Positions 40,380 through 54,610 are shown, counted from the first letter of the whole stretch. The stretch: 63,475 nt of DNA, filler included, from Octopus bimaculoides (GCF_001194135.2; 5 parts of 5 records of this genome joined end to end with filler, not necessarily neighbours in it), one strand, 5' to 3'. The notes: a model not told the origin generated them from the letters alone. Numbers and translations: made by a program.

Positions 40380-40540
40380 AGGTCAGAGGAGAGGAAGCAG
40401 TGCTCATGAACTCTGCATGCTCTTTGCAGCCAGTGAGATTAGTGTGGTTAACGTTCAACTTGAAGAGCTATAGGTCACTGATTGCAGATATAAACAAATT
40501 TCCAGGGCGTAGCAATTCTGTATAGCAAGGACTGGACAAA
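40380..40540 (+). mobile_element. Possible degenerate LINE AP-endonuclease fragment
   Basis: Broken frames ELCMLFAASEISVVNVQ and QGVAILYSK resemble the APE QE and GVAIL motifs. Confidence 0.3.
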
Positions 40541-42074
40541 GTACTTAGAGTAGGATCTGGGAGGAGAGACATAATAAAAGGGTGATAGGGAAAGGTGAAC
40601 AGGACAAGTGGGTACTGATAAAGAGGACACTGTGGTAGCAATAGGGGAAAAGGAGAGAGAAGAACCAGTACATATGTAAGCTAGAGGTTGATGTTCTTGA
40701 CTCTGGGTTTTTGTTTTCTGGTTCTTTCCAGTTGGATCCTTGCTTTTTCATTTCTGACTCCTGGATTTTGTTGCACTGCATCATATGTCCCTGAGGGAAG
40801 GTCTTCCTCTCCCAGGTCTTGTTAGTTTTGAATTGTCACCTGTGCTTCTGTAAATTTGCATTTTTCTAGGAAGGGGTGTTAGCCCAATGCAAACACATTT
40901 TTACCTCTGAGAAGACATGGTCCATATTAATCTAGCCCCTATCCTTTAACCTGTCCAGCATAAGAGGCTCCACCAGGAGCTTGCATTCCATTGGAATAGC
41001 TCTCAGTGTCACTGAGACACACATGTCACTGTACCACAAGGGTTGGACCTTGTCTAACATGTACATACTTTCATTAATTGTTTTATGTGCCTATGAGGTC
41101 AATGAACAAATACAGATACCCTTTCACCCTCTTTGAGTGTGAGAGCTGGTGGGATAGAGGGCTACATCATTCTCAGCTGAGTAGACTGGAGCAATGTGTA
41201 ATGACTCAAGGACACAATGCACTACCCTGGTCCAAGAATTAAACCCACTACCCAATGATCATGAGCCAAATCCCTAACCACTAGGCCATACACCTTCACA
41301 TACAAATATAGATATATTTTACACAAATATACATGAAAAGACACACACACATAAATACATACAGACAAATTCATACATAATTAGTTAGAATTGCTTATGG
41401 TTTTAATTCAAATATTAAATTACAATATGCTTTCTCCTCCTACCCCTTGCTACATATATATTTTGTTTATTATTCACTCCCCATCCTGTTAGAACATGTG
41501 ACCTTTACACTTCAGCCATGTGTAACAACAGATTCAGGTTCAGAATTCTGTTCTTCACATATTACACACACACATGCACGTACACACACACACACACAAT
41601 TTGATAAATATATCATCTGTATAAATAATTATGTTGTTAAAATAAAGAACTACCAAATGTCTGCACTAGCTTTATGTGACTTGGTTCTAAAATACTTCTG
41701 AAGCCATATGTCAACGACTGGCAAAAATAGATTTGGAGATATATGTTTAAGAGTTCAGAGTGGCGGACCACGACATTTATTTTGCCTGGTTAAGTCATTT
41801 TTACTGTATATTTTTTTTTTTTTTACCTAATTATTATTTCAGAATTTTCTAACATAAATGATGCCAATCAAATGAAGTACCAATGACTGAGTAATAAGAA
41901 TACAAGTGTCTCATCAATCTTTGGACTGTTAACCATGCATTTTTTTTTACATATTTTGTATTTATTTGTTCACATGTATGTATGTATGAGCAAAAGCAAA
42001 TTTCGTTAACTACATGTGTGATACATGTTTGTACAAGTGTTTAGGCCAGGAGTGAACTTACAAACATATATATA

Positions 42075-42255
42075 CTCTTTTTACTCTTTTACTTGTCTCA
42101 GTCATTTGACCGTGGCCATGCTGGAGCACCGTCTTTAGTCGAGCAAATCGACTCCAGGACTTATTCTTTGTAAGCCTAGTACTTATTCTATTGGTCTCTT
42201 TTGCTGAACTGCTAAATGACGGGGACATAAACACACCAGCATCGGTTGTCAAGCA
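42075..42255 (-). mobile_element. SINE family A 3' half
   Basis: Reverse complement of the family A tail. Confidence 0.8.
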
Positions 42256-42518
42256 CAGACACACACACATATATATATATATGGGAGAATATACAAATAA
42301 TAACAACAGACGAGGNNNNNNNNNNNNNNNNNNNNNNNNNNNNNNNNNNNNNNNNNNNNNNNNNNNNNNNNNNNNNNNNNNNNNNNNNNNNNNNNNNNNN
42401 NNNNNNNNNNNNNNNNNNNNNNNNNNNNNNNNNNNNNNNNNNNNNNNNNNNNNNNNNNNNNNNNNNNNNNNNNNNNNNNNNNNNNNNNNNNNNNNNNNNN
42501 NNNNNNNNNNNNNNNNNN

Positions 42519-42553
<35 letters not shown>

Positions 42554-43424
42554 TGTTATGGGGTCTGCAAGTCTAACCTCTCCTGCAACCACCATCACCA
42601 TTACTTTAGCTAAGAAAATGACCTTACAATATTTGAAAATGAAACAAAATTATAATTTTACACTCTTTTTCCTCTCCTTTGCATTGCATGCTGGCATGGG
42701 TTGGACAGATTTCGTAGCATCTCATTATTTATTGCAGTATTTAATTGTCTGACACACATGGTAACAGACAGCTTTGTTAATTTAAAGGGATCATCACAAA
42801 CAGGGCCAAAGAAGCCCTTTTTATTTTGCCTCTGTTAATCCTTTCCTGCTTTGCACACACACACACACACACACACAACAGTAGCTAAAGTAAAATAAGG
42901 TGGAAAACATTTAAGGAGCTATTATCTCTATTAGCAACAAAGAGATTCTCTCACTTAGTGAAAGACAGAGTATATGACACTTGGGAATGAAGTGCAGTAT
43001 TGTATGGTGGTGATGCTAGTGATTCTAATGATGATGATGATGATGATGACATAAATGTACAACCCTCAAGGTTTGGTAATGTTCCAAACACCTCTTCTTT
43101 CTAAATATATATATATAAAAAAATCTACTTGCTGTTCCTGCTAACAACACATATACTCCTATGCAGATGGTTACTTATGTTTCACACCTCCTTAATCTTC
43201 TTGAACACAACTGTCAGCCACATGCAACCTAATGCCCTTTTTAGCAAACAAACACTGACACCACAAACAGAAACCTCATGAGAATCCTTCAATAAGGAGA
43301 TAACAACTTTGTCTCTTTCCACAGCACAATCAGAACACATACTGGCAGTTCACCCTCTCTATTTCTAAACAACACAACAAAATCCTTCGAAGTTGTTACA
43401 AAATACTATCTCTAATAATCCCTT

Positions 43425-43612
43425 TATCTTTTTTATCTTTTATTTGTTTCAATCATTGAACCTCAGCCATGCAAAGCCATCACCATGAAGGAGTTTTAAT
43501 CAAACAAATCAACCCCAGTAATTACCTTTAAAGCCCAGTACTTATTTTATTGGTCTCTTTTGCCAAACTGTTAAGTTACAGGGACCTAATTAAACCAACA
43601 CTGGTTGTTATA
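43425..43612 (-). mobile_element. SINE family A 3' half, CpG-decayed
   Basis: Reverse complement of the family A tail. Confidence 0.7.
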
Positions 43613-44239
43613 TGGTATTGCAGAGACAAACACAAAGACACACCCAAACATATATATATATGTATGTGTGTTGCATCCATATGGCTGCATTTTGTGATGA
43701 ATTAAATCTACTAACATTATTATGGATCACCAAGTCTCCAGAAACAGCGGTTGGACTTTTAACACCTTTCTTCCATCGCTTTAATTTTCTCTCTTGTTTG
43801 TTTGTACTCTGTGTAAGTTGAAACATAAACATCTATATATTCATACTTAAAAATTCATTTTCTGAAAGTCTCCACCTTTTGCATTCTCACATTTTGCATG
43901 TATACATATATACATATTTTGTATAATATATTTAATATATTTGATGTATCTAATTTGTTTATCCTCACAATTGCCTATACCCACTCAACTTGAACCCTCT
44001 AACAGCCTTTCTTTACTTTGTGGAATGATCCCCAGTAAAGACATCAGAGTCTAAGTTTGAATTTTTTGAGCACTACTATATATAAATACACACACACACA
44101 CAACACACTTCTTTCATGATGAAAGGAAGGCAATGATCATAAAATTTCTGAGACTGGTGGGAAGGAGGGAAGAAAGCTATCTACAAACTAAAGGCATGGC
44201 CTGAATGATTACAACAGAACATATTCTACTGGAAGCACT

Positions 44240-44760
44240 CAGTATGCAAGGTAGCTGTGTTAAAACAGGTGATGAAGTAAATCTACCACCTAATTAAGCC
44301 CCAACAGGATTTGAACTCAGAAAGCAGTAAACTGGAACAAAACAAGACATCCAGTTCAATATTCTTACAGTTCTGCCAATCCATTGGTCTAAAAATTTAT
44401 CAACTCTAAAAGGATTGTAAACAAAGTTGACCATGGCAGGATTTGAACTCAGAGTGACAGAGCAAACACTGCCAGGTATTTTATCTGACACTCCAATGTC
44501 TATACTAATTTGCTGCCTAACCTGGGCTAAATAATGATTTTAAATTTTGGTACATGGCCAGCAATTCTAAGGGGGCAGGTAAGTCAATTATGTTGACCCC
44601 AGTGTTCTACTGGTATTTATTTTATCAGCCCACCTCTCACCACCTAAAAGCATGAAAGGCAGAGTCAACCCAGAACATAAAGAGCCAGAAGAAATGCTGT
44701 TAAGCATTTTGTCTGATTGCCTAACAATTCTAAAAACTTGCTGCCATAATCTGGGCTAAA
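44240..44760 (-). mobile_element. Cluster of decayed SINE family B copies
   Basis: Repeated ggatttgaactcaga (reverse complement of the B box) and ggcaggtaagtcaattatgttgaccccagt segments. Confidence 0.65.
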
Positions 44761-45306
44761 TGATAACATAGTAAGCAACAAGTCTATTTGTTCTGGGCTG
44801 GAGCCATTTAACTTCTTTTATTTATCACTTTTTAATCTGCTAAAAGATAAAAAGCATTGAACAAAGGGAAATAAGTATTTATATCTTTCTTTTACTTAAT
44901 GTCTATTCTTGTTGTTTTGGGCAGGGTGTTCATAGATTTAATGGTCCTGAACACTGATATATTTTCATAAATTAGAAGTATTTCACAGTTGGGTGTCTAC
45001 CATTCAACGATGAAATGAAAATGATACCTCATTTTCAGCAAACTTGATTAAGATAAATGAAATATTATGTGGATTGTTTAGATATTAAAATTAAGGCTTG
45101 AATCTACCTTTGAATGAGCTCATAAATACCCTGCTTCTCTATCTTAACCTTTACCTACATACAGTGAAAACAAAGAAAATTACATAATAATAATATAATC
45201 ATTTCACAATTAAAATATACAACATCTGGCCAACAAGGAAAGTTTTCCTGATACATTGTTTGACCTTTTCTTTTTCTACCCCTTTTAAGTTTATTTTATC
45301 TTTGAG

Positions 45307-45444
45307 TGGCAGCCTGTAAAACCCAATCTAGTTATATTTTTAGAAATAGCCATGTGACATTTATTCTGGAAAGAGAGAAAAATAAACAAACAGCAGACAA
45401 TTCAAGAAATAAATTAGAATATAGAGAAAAAACAGCATTTAACT
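45307..45444 (+). CDS. Candidate internal exon, product unknown
   Basis: Long pyrimidine tract + gag acceptor, donor ACT|gtaagt, open frame AACKTQSSYIFRNSHVTFILEREKNKQTADNSRNKLEYREKTAFN (phase 1-1). No recognisable homology. Confidence 0.25.
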
Positions 45445-45804
45445 GTAAGTGTAAGAATAGAATTTGCATTGGGTTTCTTTTTCAGTTATCAATATAAGTT
45501 GGTGTGGCATATCTTTTAGTGAGAAGCACTAGAATGAAAATGCTTTGTACATTAAGAAACGGCAAAGATAGTAAATGGGAAAGAAAATTATGCCACATGA
45601 AACAGAGGAGACTTTTAACTACATCTATAGATAGAATACACATGCTACAAATACAATGAGATACTTCATTTTCTTAGAGAGAAATACTTTGAAATAAAGA
45701 GAGCCATTTTCAAATATTCAAATTATTACACACACGCACACACACACACACACACACACATACATACGCACACATAAACTAAACTGGCACTCCATGGGCT
45801 TCAT

Positions 45805-46455
45805 TTGATCCAATCAACAGAACAGCCTGCTGCTGAAATTAACGTGCAAGTGACTGAGCACTTCACAGACGTGCGTACCCTTAACATATTTATCAGGGAG
45901 ATTCAACATGAGACACAATGTGACAAGGCTGGCCCTTTCAATTACAGGTACAATTCACTTTTGTCAGTGGAGTGGAGTGGACTGGAGCAACATGAAATAA
46001 AGTGCCTAGCTCAAGGACACAATGCACCACTGGAAATCGAACATATGACCTAACAATCACGAGTCGATTATCCCAACCACTAAGCCATGCATCTTCACTA
46101 TATATATATAAATATATATATAAAATATAATTAAGCCAACCTGATCATGAAATTAATATGAAGTGGTTGAGCACTTCACATACATGTGTACTCTTAATGT
46201 AGTTCTCGGGGAGATTCAGCGTGACACAGTGTGACAAGGCTGGCCCTTTAAAATACAACAGAAACAGGAAGAAAGAGCAAGAGAAAGTTCTGGTGAAAGA
46301 GTACAGCAGGGTTCACCACCACCTCCTACTGGAGCCTAGTGGAGCTTTAGGTGTTTTCACTCAATAAGCACTCACAATGCCCAGTCTGGGAATCAAAACC
46401 ACGATCCTATGACCACGAGTCTGCTGCCCTAACCACTGGGCCATTGTGCCTCCAC
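45805..46455 (-). mobile_element. Two tandem SINE copies related to family C
   Basis: Reverse complements of the family C tail (aattaacgtgcaagtgactgagcact) and tRNA head (taaccactgggccattgtgcctcc). Confidence 0.75.
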
Positions 46456-46479
46456 TATATATATATATATAGACACACA

Positions 46480-46736
46480 CACAAAATATTTTATAATTAT
46501 ATACATAATTATAACAAGGGATTGGCAATACGCCTCACCATGCACTGTAAAAGTAGATGCCAGAAGACACTATTACCACCTTAAAATCTCTGAGAATAAC
46601 ACACTAACTTAGCATGTTATTCTAGGAGATTTTAAGGTGGTAATAGTGTCTTCTGGCGTCTATTTTCACAGTGTGTGGTGAGGTGTATAGCCAATCCCTT
46701 GTTATAATTATGTATATAATTATAAAATATTTTGTG
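46480..46736. repeat. Long palindrome: 122-bp arms, 13-bp spacer
   Basis: Arms 46480-46601 and 46615-46736 differ at 9 positions (7 transitions). Confidence 0.95.
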
Positions 46737-46949
46737 AAACTTACCTATGAAGTTTTCATTTCCACGTGGACCACCAGGTAAAATCATTAATAATTTTTAC
46801 CCTTTATTATAATTAATATATATATTTAATCAATGAACCAGTATACATACATATATATATAAATTAAAGATATTATTTATACAATACAGTATACAATATT
46901 GTGCAGTTGTTGATTAAAGATATTGTATCTACCGGGGTTTGTACTGTTT

Positions 46950-47490
46950 GTCAAGTCACAACAAGGACTTTAGATAGACAGTACTTTACACAATATGTGT
47001 GCAGTTCCAAGTAATGCTGACTTTTGCAATACATCTAGATTGTAGGGTATCTCTACAATCTAGATTCAGCATTCTTTTTTAGGTCACCCTTCTGCAGCCA
47101 CCTCCATGATACTCCCTGGTCTCTTAATTTGTTGGTTTCATGGTGGAATTGACCATGTAATTCCATACAGAGTAGGGTTTCTTCTTTCTTGTTGGCAGTT
47201 CTTGTTCAGAATTCATGAGCATTCTCAAGTCCATTTTTTAAAAATCCTTCTGCACTAGCAGCATACTGTAGCAGGTCTTCTTTACTGTTTACCAAATATT
47301 CTGCCATGTTTATTTTTTCACTGTTGATGCACTCCCATACGTTATTCAGCCCACATCCATCCTTACCTCTCTTCATGTAGAGCCTGAGTACATATGCCTT
47401 AGGGGAAGGGTACCATGCATTGTCATTGTCTTTCGGGTAGTGCGATCAAGTTGGTCAATCTCTGCTTGTTTGCATGGGTGGATGTACCCT
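46950..47490 (-). mobile_element. Internally deleted Dong/R4 LINE fragment
   Basis: QAEIDQLDRTTRKTMTMHGTL..AYVLRLYMKRGKDGCGL (post-RT region) joined to EIPYNLDVLQKSALLGTAHILCKVLSI*. Confidence 0.8.
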
Positions 47491-49879
47491 TGTCTTGACA
47501 TCATATAATAGTTTTAAACAATCATCATCATACGAGAGATGTTGTCTGCATATGGCTGAAGAAAATCCACCTGCACAAATTCCATCTGCATGGAAAAATT
47601 GGCATTATTCTCTTTCACTTCCTTCAGTTGCTGGATTAAGGCCATGCTGGAATACCATCTTGAAGGGTTTAAATGAATCAAAAGATGTAAACAAACCAAC
47701 ACTAGTTTGTCAGACAGCAAGATACAAACATAAATGGTGTTACTGCAGCTCTATGCAACATAAGCACGCGCACATACACACACACACCTATCTAGATATA
47801 AATATGCAAGCATAGAAAAACAGGATTATTAATTCTTTGTAAATGAATGCAGGTCACTTATGTTCTCTTATAACTTGTCTTTAGTGGCTGAGTATTCTAG
47901 TGCTCTTCTTCACACACACACACACACACAGATGCGTGCACCATCATACAGTCATGTGCAAACAGACACTCATGTAGAAATATTTTTCAATTACAGTTTT
48001 CAAGTGATGATAACATTGCAAATTTAAATAAATAAAAGACATTATGTAGCTGTCTATACAACAAACATAGTCAAACAGTGTTGTTAATAATACTATACAC
48101 AGAATTTTTTCTCCCCAGATACTCTCTTACAAATCTTAAAATTTGTACGACTTTTTATATTTTAGTTATTTTAACTGGGTAGATGTTAAAAGCTAACAAA
48201 CTGGTTTTATAAGTTAAAAATTATCTTTTATTTTATCTACACTCAAATATATGCAAGCAGGTCCACATACATATAAACAAGCAGATGCATATATACAAGT
48301 GTGTGGGAGTGGGCGTATGTGTATATCAATATGTAAACATTATTTGTGCACAAACAATGACATCATAGGCAGATAAAAAGCAAAGACATCATATGTACAG
48401 GAGTAGTTAGTAATAAGAAAACCTATGAAAGGAAGTCTTTCAAATACTTGGAAAAACTTGCAAGATGTAATTGACAGCTTCTGTTACTTAGGTAGGGTGA
48501 GATTTAGATCTAGAGGGGCTCTTGGGCAAATAAATTTTGAGGGCCCCTATCATCATCATTTAACGTCCGTTGTCCATGCTGGCATGGGTTGGATGGTTTG
48601 ACTAGAGCTAGTCTCATTTGGCATGGCTTCTATGGCTGCATTTCCTTCCTAATGCCAAGCACGTTACAGTGTGTGCTGGGTGCTTTTATGTGGCACCGCA
48701 CAGATGCTTTTTACATGACTCTGCATGGGCGCTTTTATGTGACACCATACAAGCACTTTTATGTGACACCACTAATTCAAAACATAAAAGATGAATAAGG
48801 AGGCCCCATTAAATCTTGAGGTGCCAAACAGCTTGAAGAGGCCCCAAAACTTAAAAGGGTCTTGGTAAGTTTAGAGGAACTCAGATTTAATGGCTTTTAA
48901 ATCTAAAAGGAACCAATAAATTTTTAAAAAGGGTTCTTTTAAAAGGATTTAATTGGATTTTTAAAAAAATTAAACAAATAAAGACAAAATAGAAACTATT
49001 TATTTGATTGTTGTAAATATATTTAAAAAATTTTTAATTCCAAGATTTTGGCTCTCCCAAGGTAAAGGCCCACACTCTAACCCTACCCAATGCCTGCGTG
49101 GTGTGTGTTGTATGTGTGCATGTGTATGAGTGTGTTTGTATATATATATATCCTCATCATCATCCCCCCTCCTCCTATCCTTTAACACCTGTTTTCTATG
49201 CTGGCATGGGTTGGATGGTTTGACCAGAGCTAGTAAACTGGAGAACTGTATCAGGTCCCAATTTGATTTGGCTTGGTTTCTACAGCTAGATACCCTTTCT
49301 AATACCAAGCACTTTACAGCATGCAGTGGGTGCTTTTGATGAGGCACTGGCATGAGTGCTTTTACATGGCACTGACACAAGTGCTTTTTATGTGGTACAA
49401 GCACAGAACTCCTGCAGGCCAATCTTTTTCAGCAGGGTTGTGGAGGACAGGTTTTCACACACACGTACATACATACACATGTATGTAAGTATGTATGTAT
49501 GTATGCATGTATATATGTATTTTGATAACAGTTTGACTCAGTTCCATATGACTTGAAATTTCATAGACTCACGGAATGAATCCACCTCATCAGATCTCTA
49601 GAGCAGAGTAACAGGATTCAAGATGGCTTCTAGATGTTAGGCCTTTATTAGTTGGCTCAAGTCATGTGATGTAAATACTGTGGAAATGACGAGTTATTCT
49701 GTTCTAGATATCTGATGAGATGGGTTCATCCCACAAGCCCATGAAACTTTTAAAGTTATATGGAGCCAAGTCAAACTGTTATCAAAATATATATCTAACT
49801 CTTACCATATGTGCTGTGTGCCACTCTCTTTTGGTTGTCCACTCACTCATGTACTCATGTATCTCTCTTTCTAATATAT

Positions 49880-50225
49880 ATATAAGGGATAAAGAACCCC
49901 TTTGGTCATGAATGACCATGGGATTGCACTTAGAAAGTTACCCTCCAAAGCACAAATCCAGGCAAGGTTGTTTATGGAAGATCAGCAGTTGCCCATGCAT
50001 ACCAGCCTCCCCTCTCCATACCATTGATGTTATCCAAGAGAAAGGCAAGAGCTGATATAGTTTAGTACCAGTGACGTTGCAACTCATTTCTACAGCTGAA
50101 TGAACTGGAGCAACATGAAATAAAGTGTATTGCTCAGGAACACAACACACAGCCTAGTCTGGCAATCGAACTCCCCACCTCATGATTGTAAGCCTGACAC
50201 TCTAACGACTGAACCATGTGCCTAT
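49880..50225 (-). mobile_element. tRNA-derived SINE family E
   Basis: Reverse complement of a tRNA head (aatcgaactc...ctctaacgactgaaccatgtg) and conserved gaactggagcaacatgaaataaagtg core; related copies at about 37175-37325, 41100-41300, 52480-52680(+), 60130-60432. Confidence 0.75.
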
Positions 50226-50234
50226 ATTCTATAT

Positions 50235-50420
50235 CTTTTATCTTTTACTTGTTTCAGTCATTAGACTGCACCCATGCTGGGGCACCAGCATGAAGAATTT
50301 TTAGTCAAATGGATCAACCCCAGTACTTTTTTTTCAAAGCTTGGTATTTATTCTATCAGTCAATTTTGCTGAACTGCTAAGTTATGAGGACACAAACACA
50401 CCGACATACACAGTTGTGGG
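50235..50420 (-). mobile_element. SINE family A 3' half, CpG-decayed
   Basis: Reverse complement of the family A tail; similar partial copies at about 47590-47720 and 51650-51775. Confidence 0.7.
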
Positions 50421-50529
50421 GTAAGTGGGAGTTAGCAGTGACTTTCATGAGGCAGTGTGCTGAGAGACATCACTCTGATTACTTTGCAAGTTATGAAATT
50501 TGTGTTTTTGTGATCACATGTATGCTGTA

Positions 50530-51248
50530 GTCTGTGATTTTTTCAAGGGCAGGCAGTTAGAACAAAAAGCCAGTATAAAATTTTGTGTTAAACTTGGGAA
50601 GCCTGCTACAGAGACATTGAGCATGTTTCGGCAAGCTTACAGCAACAAGGCAATGGGTCCTACACAATGTATTGAGTGGCTTCAAAACCAGAAGAATGTC
50701 CCTGGAAGACAATGAGCGATCTGGAAGACCTGCCAAGAGCGTCACCCCCAGAAATGGGAAGAAAATTCATCAGCTTGTGCATGAGGATTGTGAGAGGACA
50801 ATCAGCAATATTGCTGCTATTGTGGTCTGTCATATGGGTCTGTGCAGGCAATCCTAACTTCTTCGAAGAATTGGATTCTTTACAATGACAATGTACCCTA
50901 TCACCACGCTCACTCGTGAGTTTCTTGCCAAAAGCAAAATGGCATTGCCTCTGCACCTGCCCTATTCACCAGATTTAGCACCTGCCGACTTCCATCTTTT
51001 CACCAAGATGAAAATGCAACTCAAAGGTTGCTGTTTTAATACCGCTGTCAAGATCCAGAGTGAATCGCAAAAGGGCCTCGACTCACCTATGGAAAACGAC
51101 TTCCAGACCAGATTCCAAAAGTGGCAGGAACGCTGGGACTGGTGTATTGCTGCACATTAGGTAAATAAGATGATGTTAAAAAGTTAGGTAAATAAGTTAT
51201 TTTTTATTAAACATAACTAATCTGGGAGCTTTTTGATACTACCTCGTA
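50530..51248 (+). mobile_element. Mariner transposase remnant with internal deletion
   Basis: EQKASIKFCVKLGK..ETLSMFRQAY, SLEDNERSGRP, HLPYSPDLAPADFHLF...KWQERWDWCIA; ends in TIR-like tttttgatactacctcg+TA. Confidence 0.9.
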
Positions 51249-51371
51249 TGTGTGTGTGTGTATACGTATGTACGCACACACACACACACACACAAATGTA
51301 AAGTGAAAACAGTGAGAGAAATCAAAAAATATTTTCTTTGATCTTTTATCATAATTATTTTATTTTTTAAG

Positions 51372-51428
51372 ACTGGGAAGCAGGGGAAAAACATAGGCAA
51401 AATCGTGGAAAACGAAAAATACCTGTTT
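51372..51428 (+). CDS. Candidate 57-nt internal exon
   Basis: ttattttattttttaag acceptor, TTT|gtaagt donor. Open in phase 0-0 (TGKQGKNIGKIVENEKYLF) and phase 1-1 (WEAGEKHRQNRGKRKIPV); retains two CpGs in CpG-poor DNA. Confidence 0.3.
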
Positions 51429-51809
51429 GTAAGTTAATATGGGAAATGTTGGATTATTAAAGAAATCATAACAAAAGATGAATTTGCTCTTCAAGCCACA
51501 ACAAAGAATAGCAATTATTTAATATACAGACAATGGTAATGTTGATAGTGACACGCCATATCATTATCATCATCGTCATCATTACCACTATCACCTCTTT
51601 TCAGTATGTTAGTTATACAACCACTTCCATTGATCATTTCTTTTCTTTCAATCTTTTATTTTATATTAGTTTCAGTCATTAGATTGTGGCCATGCTGGGG
51701 CACCAACTTGAGGAATTTTTAGTCAGATGAACTGACCTCAGTACATCATTTTTTAAGCCTGATACTTATTTTATTGTGCATGAATTTGGAAACTGTACAC
51801 ACATACATA

Positions 51810-52250
51810 TCATCATCATCGTTTAACATCTACCTTCTATGATGGCATGGGTTGGACAGGAGCTGGCCAGGCAGGAGCCTGCACTAGGCTTCTTTGTCTG
51901 TTTTGGCATGATTTTTTACAGCTGGATACCCTTCCTAATGCAAACCACCCAGTAGAGTGGACAGAGTGCTTTTTACATGTCACAAGCACAGGCGAGGTCA
52001 GTTTTGGCATGGTTTTTACAGCTAGATGCCCTTCCAAACATCAACCACTTTACAGTGTGGACCAGATGCTTTTTGTGAGGCACCAACACTGAGGTAACTT
52101 GCAAGACAAAGATCCTTTGAGAGGAGAAGGGGTTTTGGAGGGGGCATCTTGTGTCAGATGATAAAAGGTTTGAGTGTGACGGAGAGACAGAGAGGCAGAA
52201 ACAGGTATCTTGCTGTAGAGGAGGTACATGGTTACCCAGAGAGAGAGAGA
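51810..52250 (-). mobile_element. (GAT)n-tailed retroelement 3' end (family D, LINE 3' UTR or SINE)
   Basis: catcatcatc..tttaac..catgggttgg...ctggatacccttcctaatgc; further copies at 48560-48775, 49170-49410, 57415-57512, 63170-63265 (-) and 58370-58712 (+). Confidence 0.7.
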
Positions 52251-52435
52251 GAGAGGGAAGAAAACAACAAGAGAGCAGGAGAGAGATGGTGGTGAAGTGC
52301 CAAGGTATACTCACAAGGAATAGGGATGAGAATATAAATGGGATGGTAGAGTAAAGAAAGAGAGAGAGAGGGAGATATGGTGACAAGTGTCCTCAAAGTA
52401 TGGAAGTCATAATATACATGTCAGGGTATTGCCAA

Positions 52436-52475
<40 letters not shown>

Positions 52476-53130
52476 ATATATAGTGAAGGCATATTGTTTA
52501 AGGGTTAGGATGTTGCACTCATGATTATAAGATTGTGGTTTTGATACCTGGACCAGGTGATGTCTTGTGTTTTTGAGCAAAACATTTCATGTTGCTCCAG
52601 TCCACTCAACTGGCAAAAACAAATAATCCTATGATAGGCTGATACCTTGTCCAGTGGAGTATTATATATACCACAGAATTTGCGAAACTGGCCATGAGCC
52701 TATGCAGAGGACTTGTAAAGGGACAGGGGCACTGCCTTCCACCCTGACTATCAGATGAAAAAACAAATTACATGACACAAAATTATTTTTTTTTATAACA
52801 AGCAAATTGGCAACATAAAGAAACCTATGGAAAATTGGATACATAAATTCGTTATGTGAATACGTGTGAATGTGTGCATGTGTGTGTCTGTGTGTGCACA
52901 AAAGAGAGAGAAGGAGAGAGAGGAGAGGAAGAGGAAAAGAAGGAGTGTAAAATACTCAACCTAGAAAAATAGGTAATAATATTTACCATCTGTTGATTTT
53001 CTAAGTGCTAGTTAGACTAATATATATATANNNNNNNNNNNNNNNNNNNNNNNNNNNNNNNNNNNNNNNNNNNNTTAATTAATTAANNNNNNNNNNNNNN
53101 NNNNNNNNNNNNNNNNNNNNNNNNNNNNNN

Positions 53131-53176
<46 letters not shown>

Positions 53177-54120
53177 TACACTTATATATTAACACACATA
53201 TATGCAAATATATATAAAAATATATTTACATAGAACATAAAAAATACAGAATACAAAGAAGAAAATACATAGTTACTTAATTCGACAGCTGTTTCAGGAA
53301 ACTCAAAGTTACATAATAATCATAATGTTCATAATTTGCATATGGAATGTGCAAAAACTCTTGGGCATGCAATTAGTAAATAGTTACACAGAGTTCCTTC
53401 AAGAGAAAATTGGCAAAACCTAATTAAGTGCATCACTATCAGTCAGCTCACGTGGATTTCTTTTTAACCCACTCTTGATGCTGTGACAATTCCTTTGAGC
53501 TCTACTACATATTTACCCTGCGTGCGTCAGCAAAAGCAGGGTAGTGTAGTTGTTCATCATAGTCTGTGTTTGCAAAATTACTGGAAAACAGCTGAACGGA
53601 TTTTCAGTAAATTCAGCAGAAATATTCATTAGGTGAGTGACTCAAATTCATTAAATTTTGGTTGGATTATCTTCAAAACTGGCAGATGGGTGAATCAAAA
53701 TGTTCTTTTTTTTTTTTTTTTTGGTTACATATGCATAGACGATAAACAAGAGAAATAACTCTTGGTGTCATTTTGTTGAAATATGAACTTATGTGAGAAT
53801 ATATATATATTATATTAAATTAAATTTTATTTTATCGTTGAGTGCGCACAGGGTATGCATTGCCCTTCTAATGCCTTTTTTTTTTTCATTTCTATACTGA
53901 GCATATCTAGCTCTCACTTGTGAAAAGTATGTGAGTGTGTGTATGTGTATGTATATATATATGAAGGGGAAAAAGGGATTAAATAAATCCATCACTGCCC
54001 ACTTACATATACTATGTGTAACTAAGTTGTCCAGATAAGGCTACAGTAATTCATACTTTCAGCTTTGATAAGAATAGAATGGAACCTAATTCTCTTCTCA
54101 CTGTAGCATTTTAGTCAATC

Positions 54121-54168
54121 ATATACGGGATCAATTATATACAGGATCAATTATATACGGGATCAATT
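54121..54168. repeat. 16-bp tandem repeat x3 (atatacgggatcaatt)
   Basis: Direct reading; one substitution in copy 2. Confidence 0.9.
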
Positions 54169-54349
54169 ATATATGCATATTGCAACATGTTGCAGTTTGG
54201 TTGGCCATTCTATTTGAAATACAGATAACTCATTAAATTATTGAGCAGGTCTGTTTTTACCCTCATCTTAATATGTTTGTAAATATAAGCCTCACTGTTT
54301 ATGCAGATGGTGTCATTTATTTTGCAGTTAGCCACTAGTGGTTGCTAAG

Positions 54350-54610
54350 AAGAAAAACAAAAAACTAAATCTTGGTGAACAGTTTTGAATGCCATATAAG
54401 TCATGTACAGAAATGTTGTCAACAAGAGAAGAGTTACCAAAAAGTTCAACAAGACATTTAGCATAAAGATAGATGCCTTTGAGGGCTCAGTTTTCGGACA
54501 TCTCTTGTTTATTATTATTCTCCATACCATAACAGGCTTTTCAGACAAGCTATCTGAAAGACAGCTTGACCAAAGACTGAGAATTTTGCAGAATCTTTCA
54601 AAGACTTAGA
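54350..54610 (+). mobile_element. Old degenerate RTE-like RT fragment
   Basis: FSIKIDAFEGSVFGHLLFIIILHTIT aligns with FRVEVGVHQGSVLSPLLFTIVL of the 63358 copy. Confidence 0.55.
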
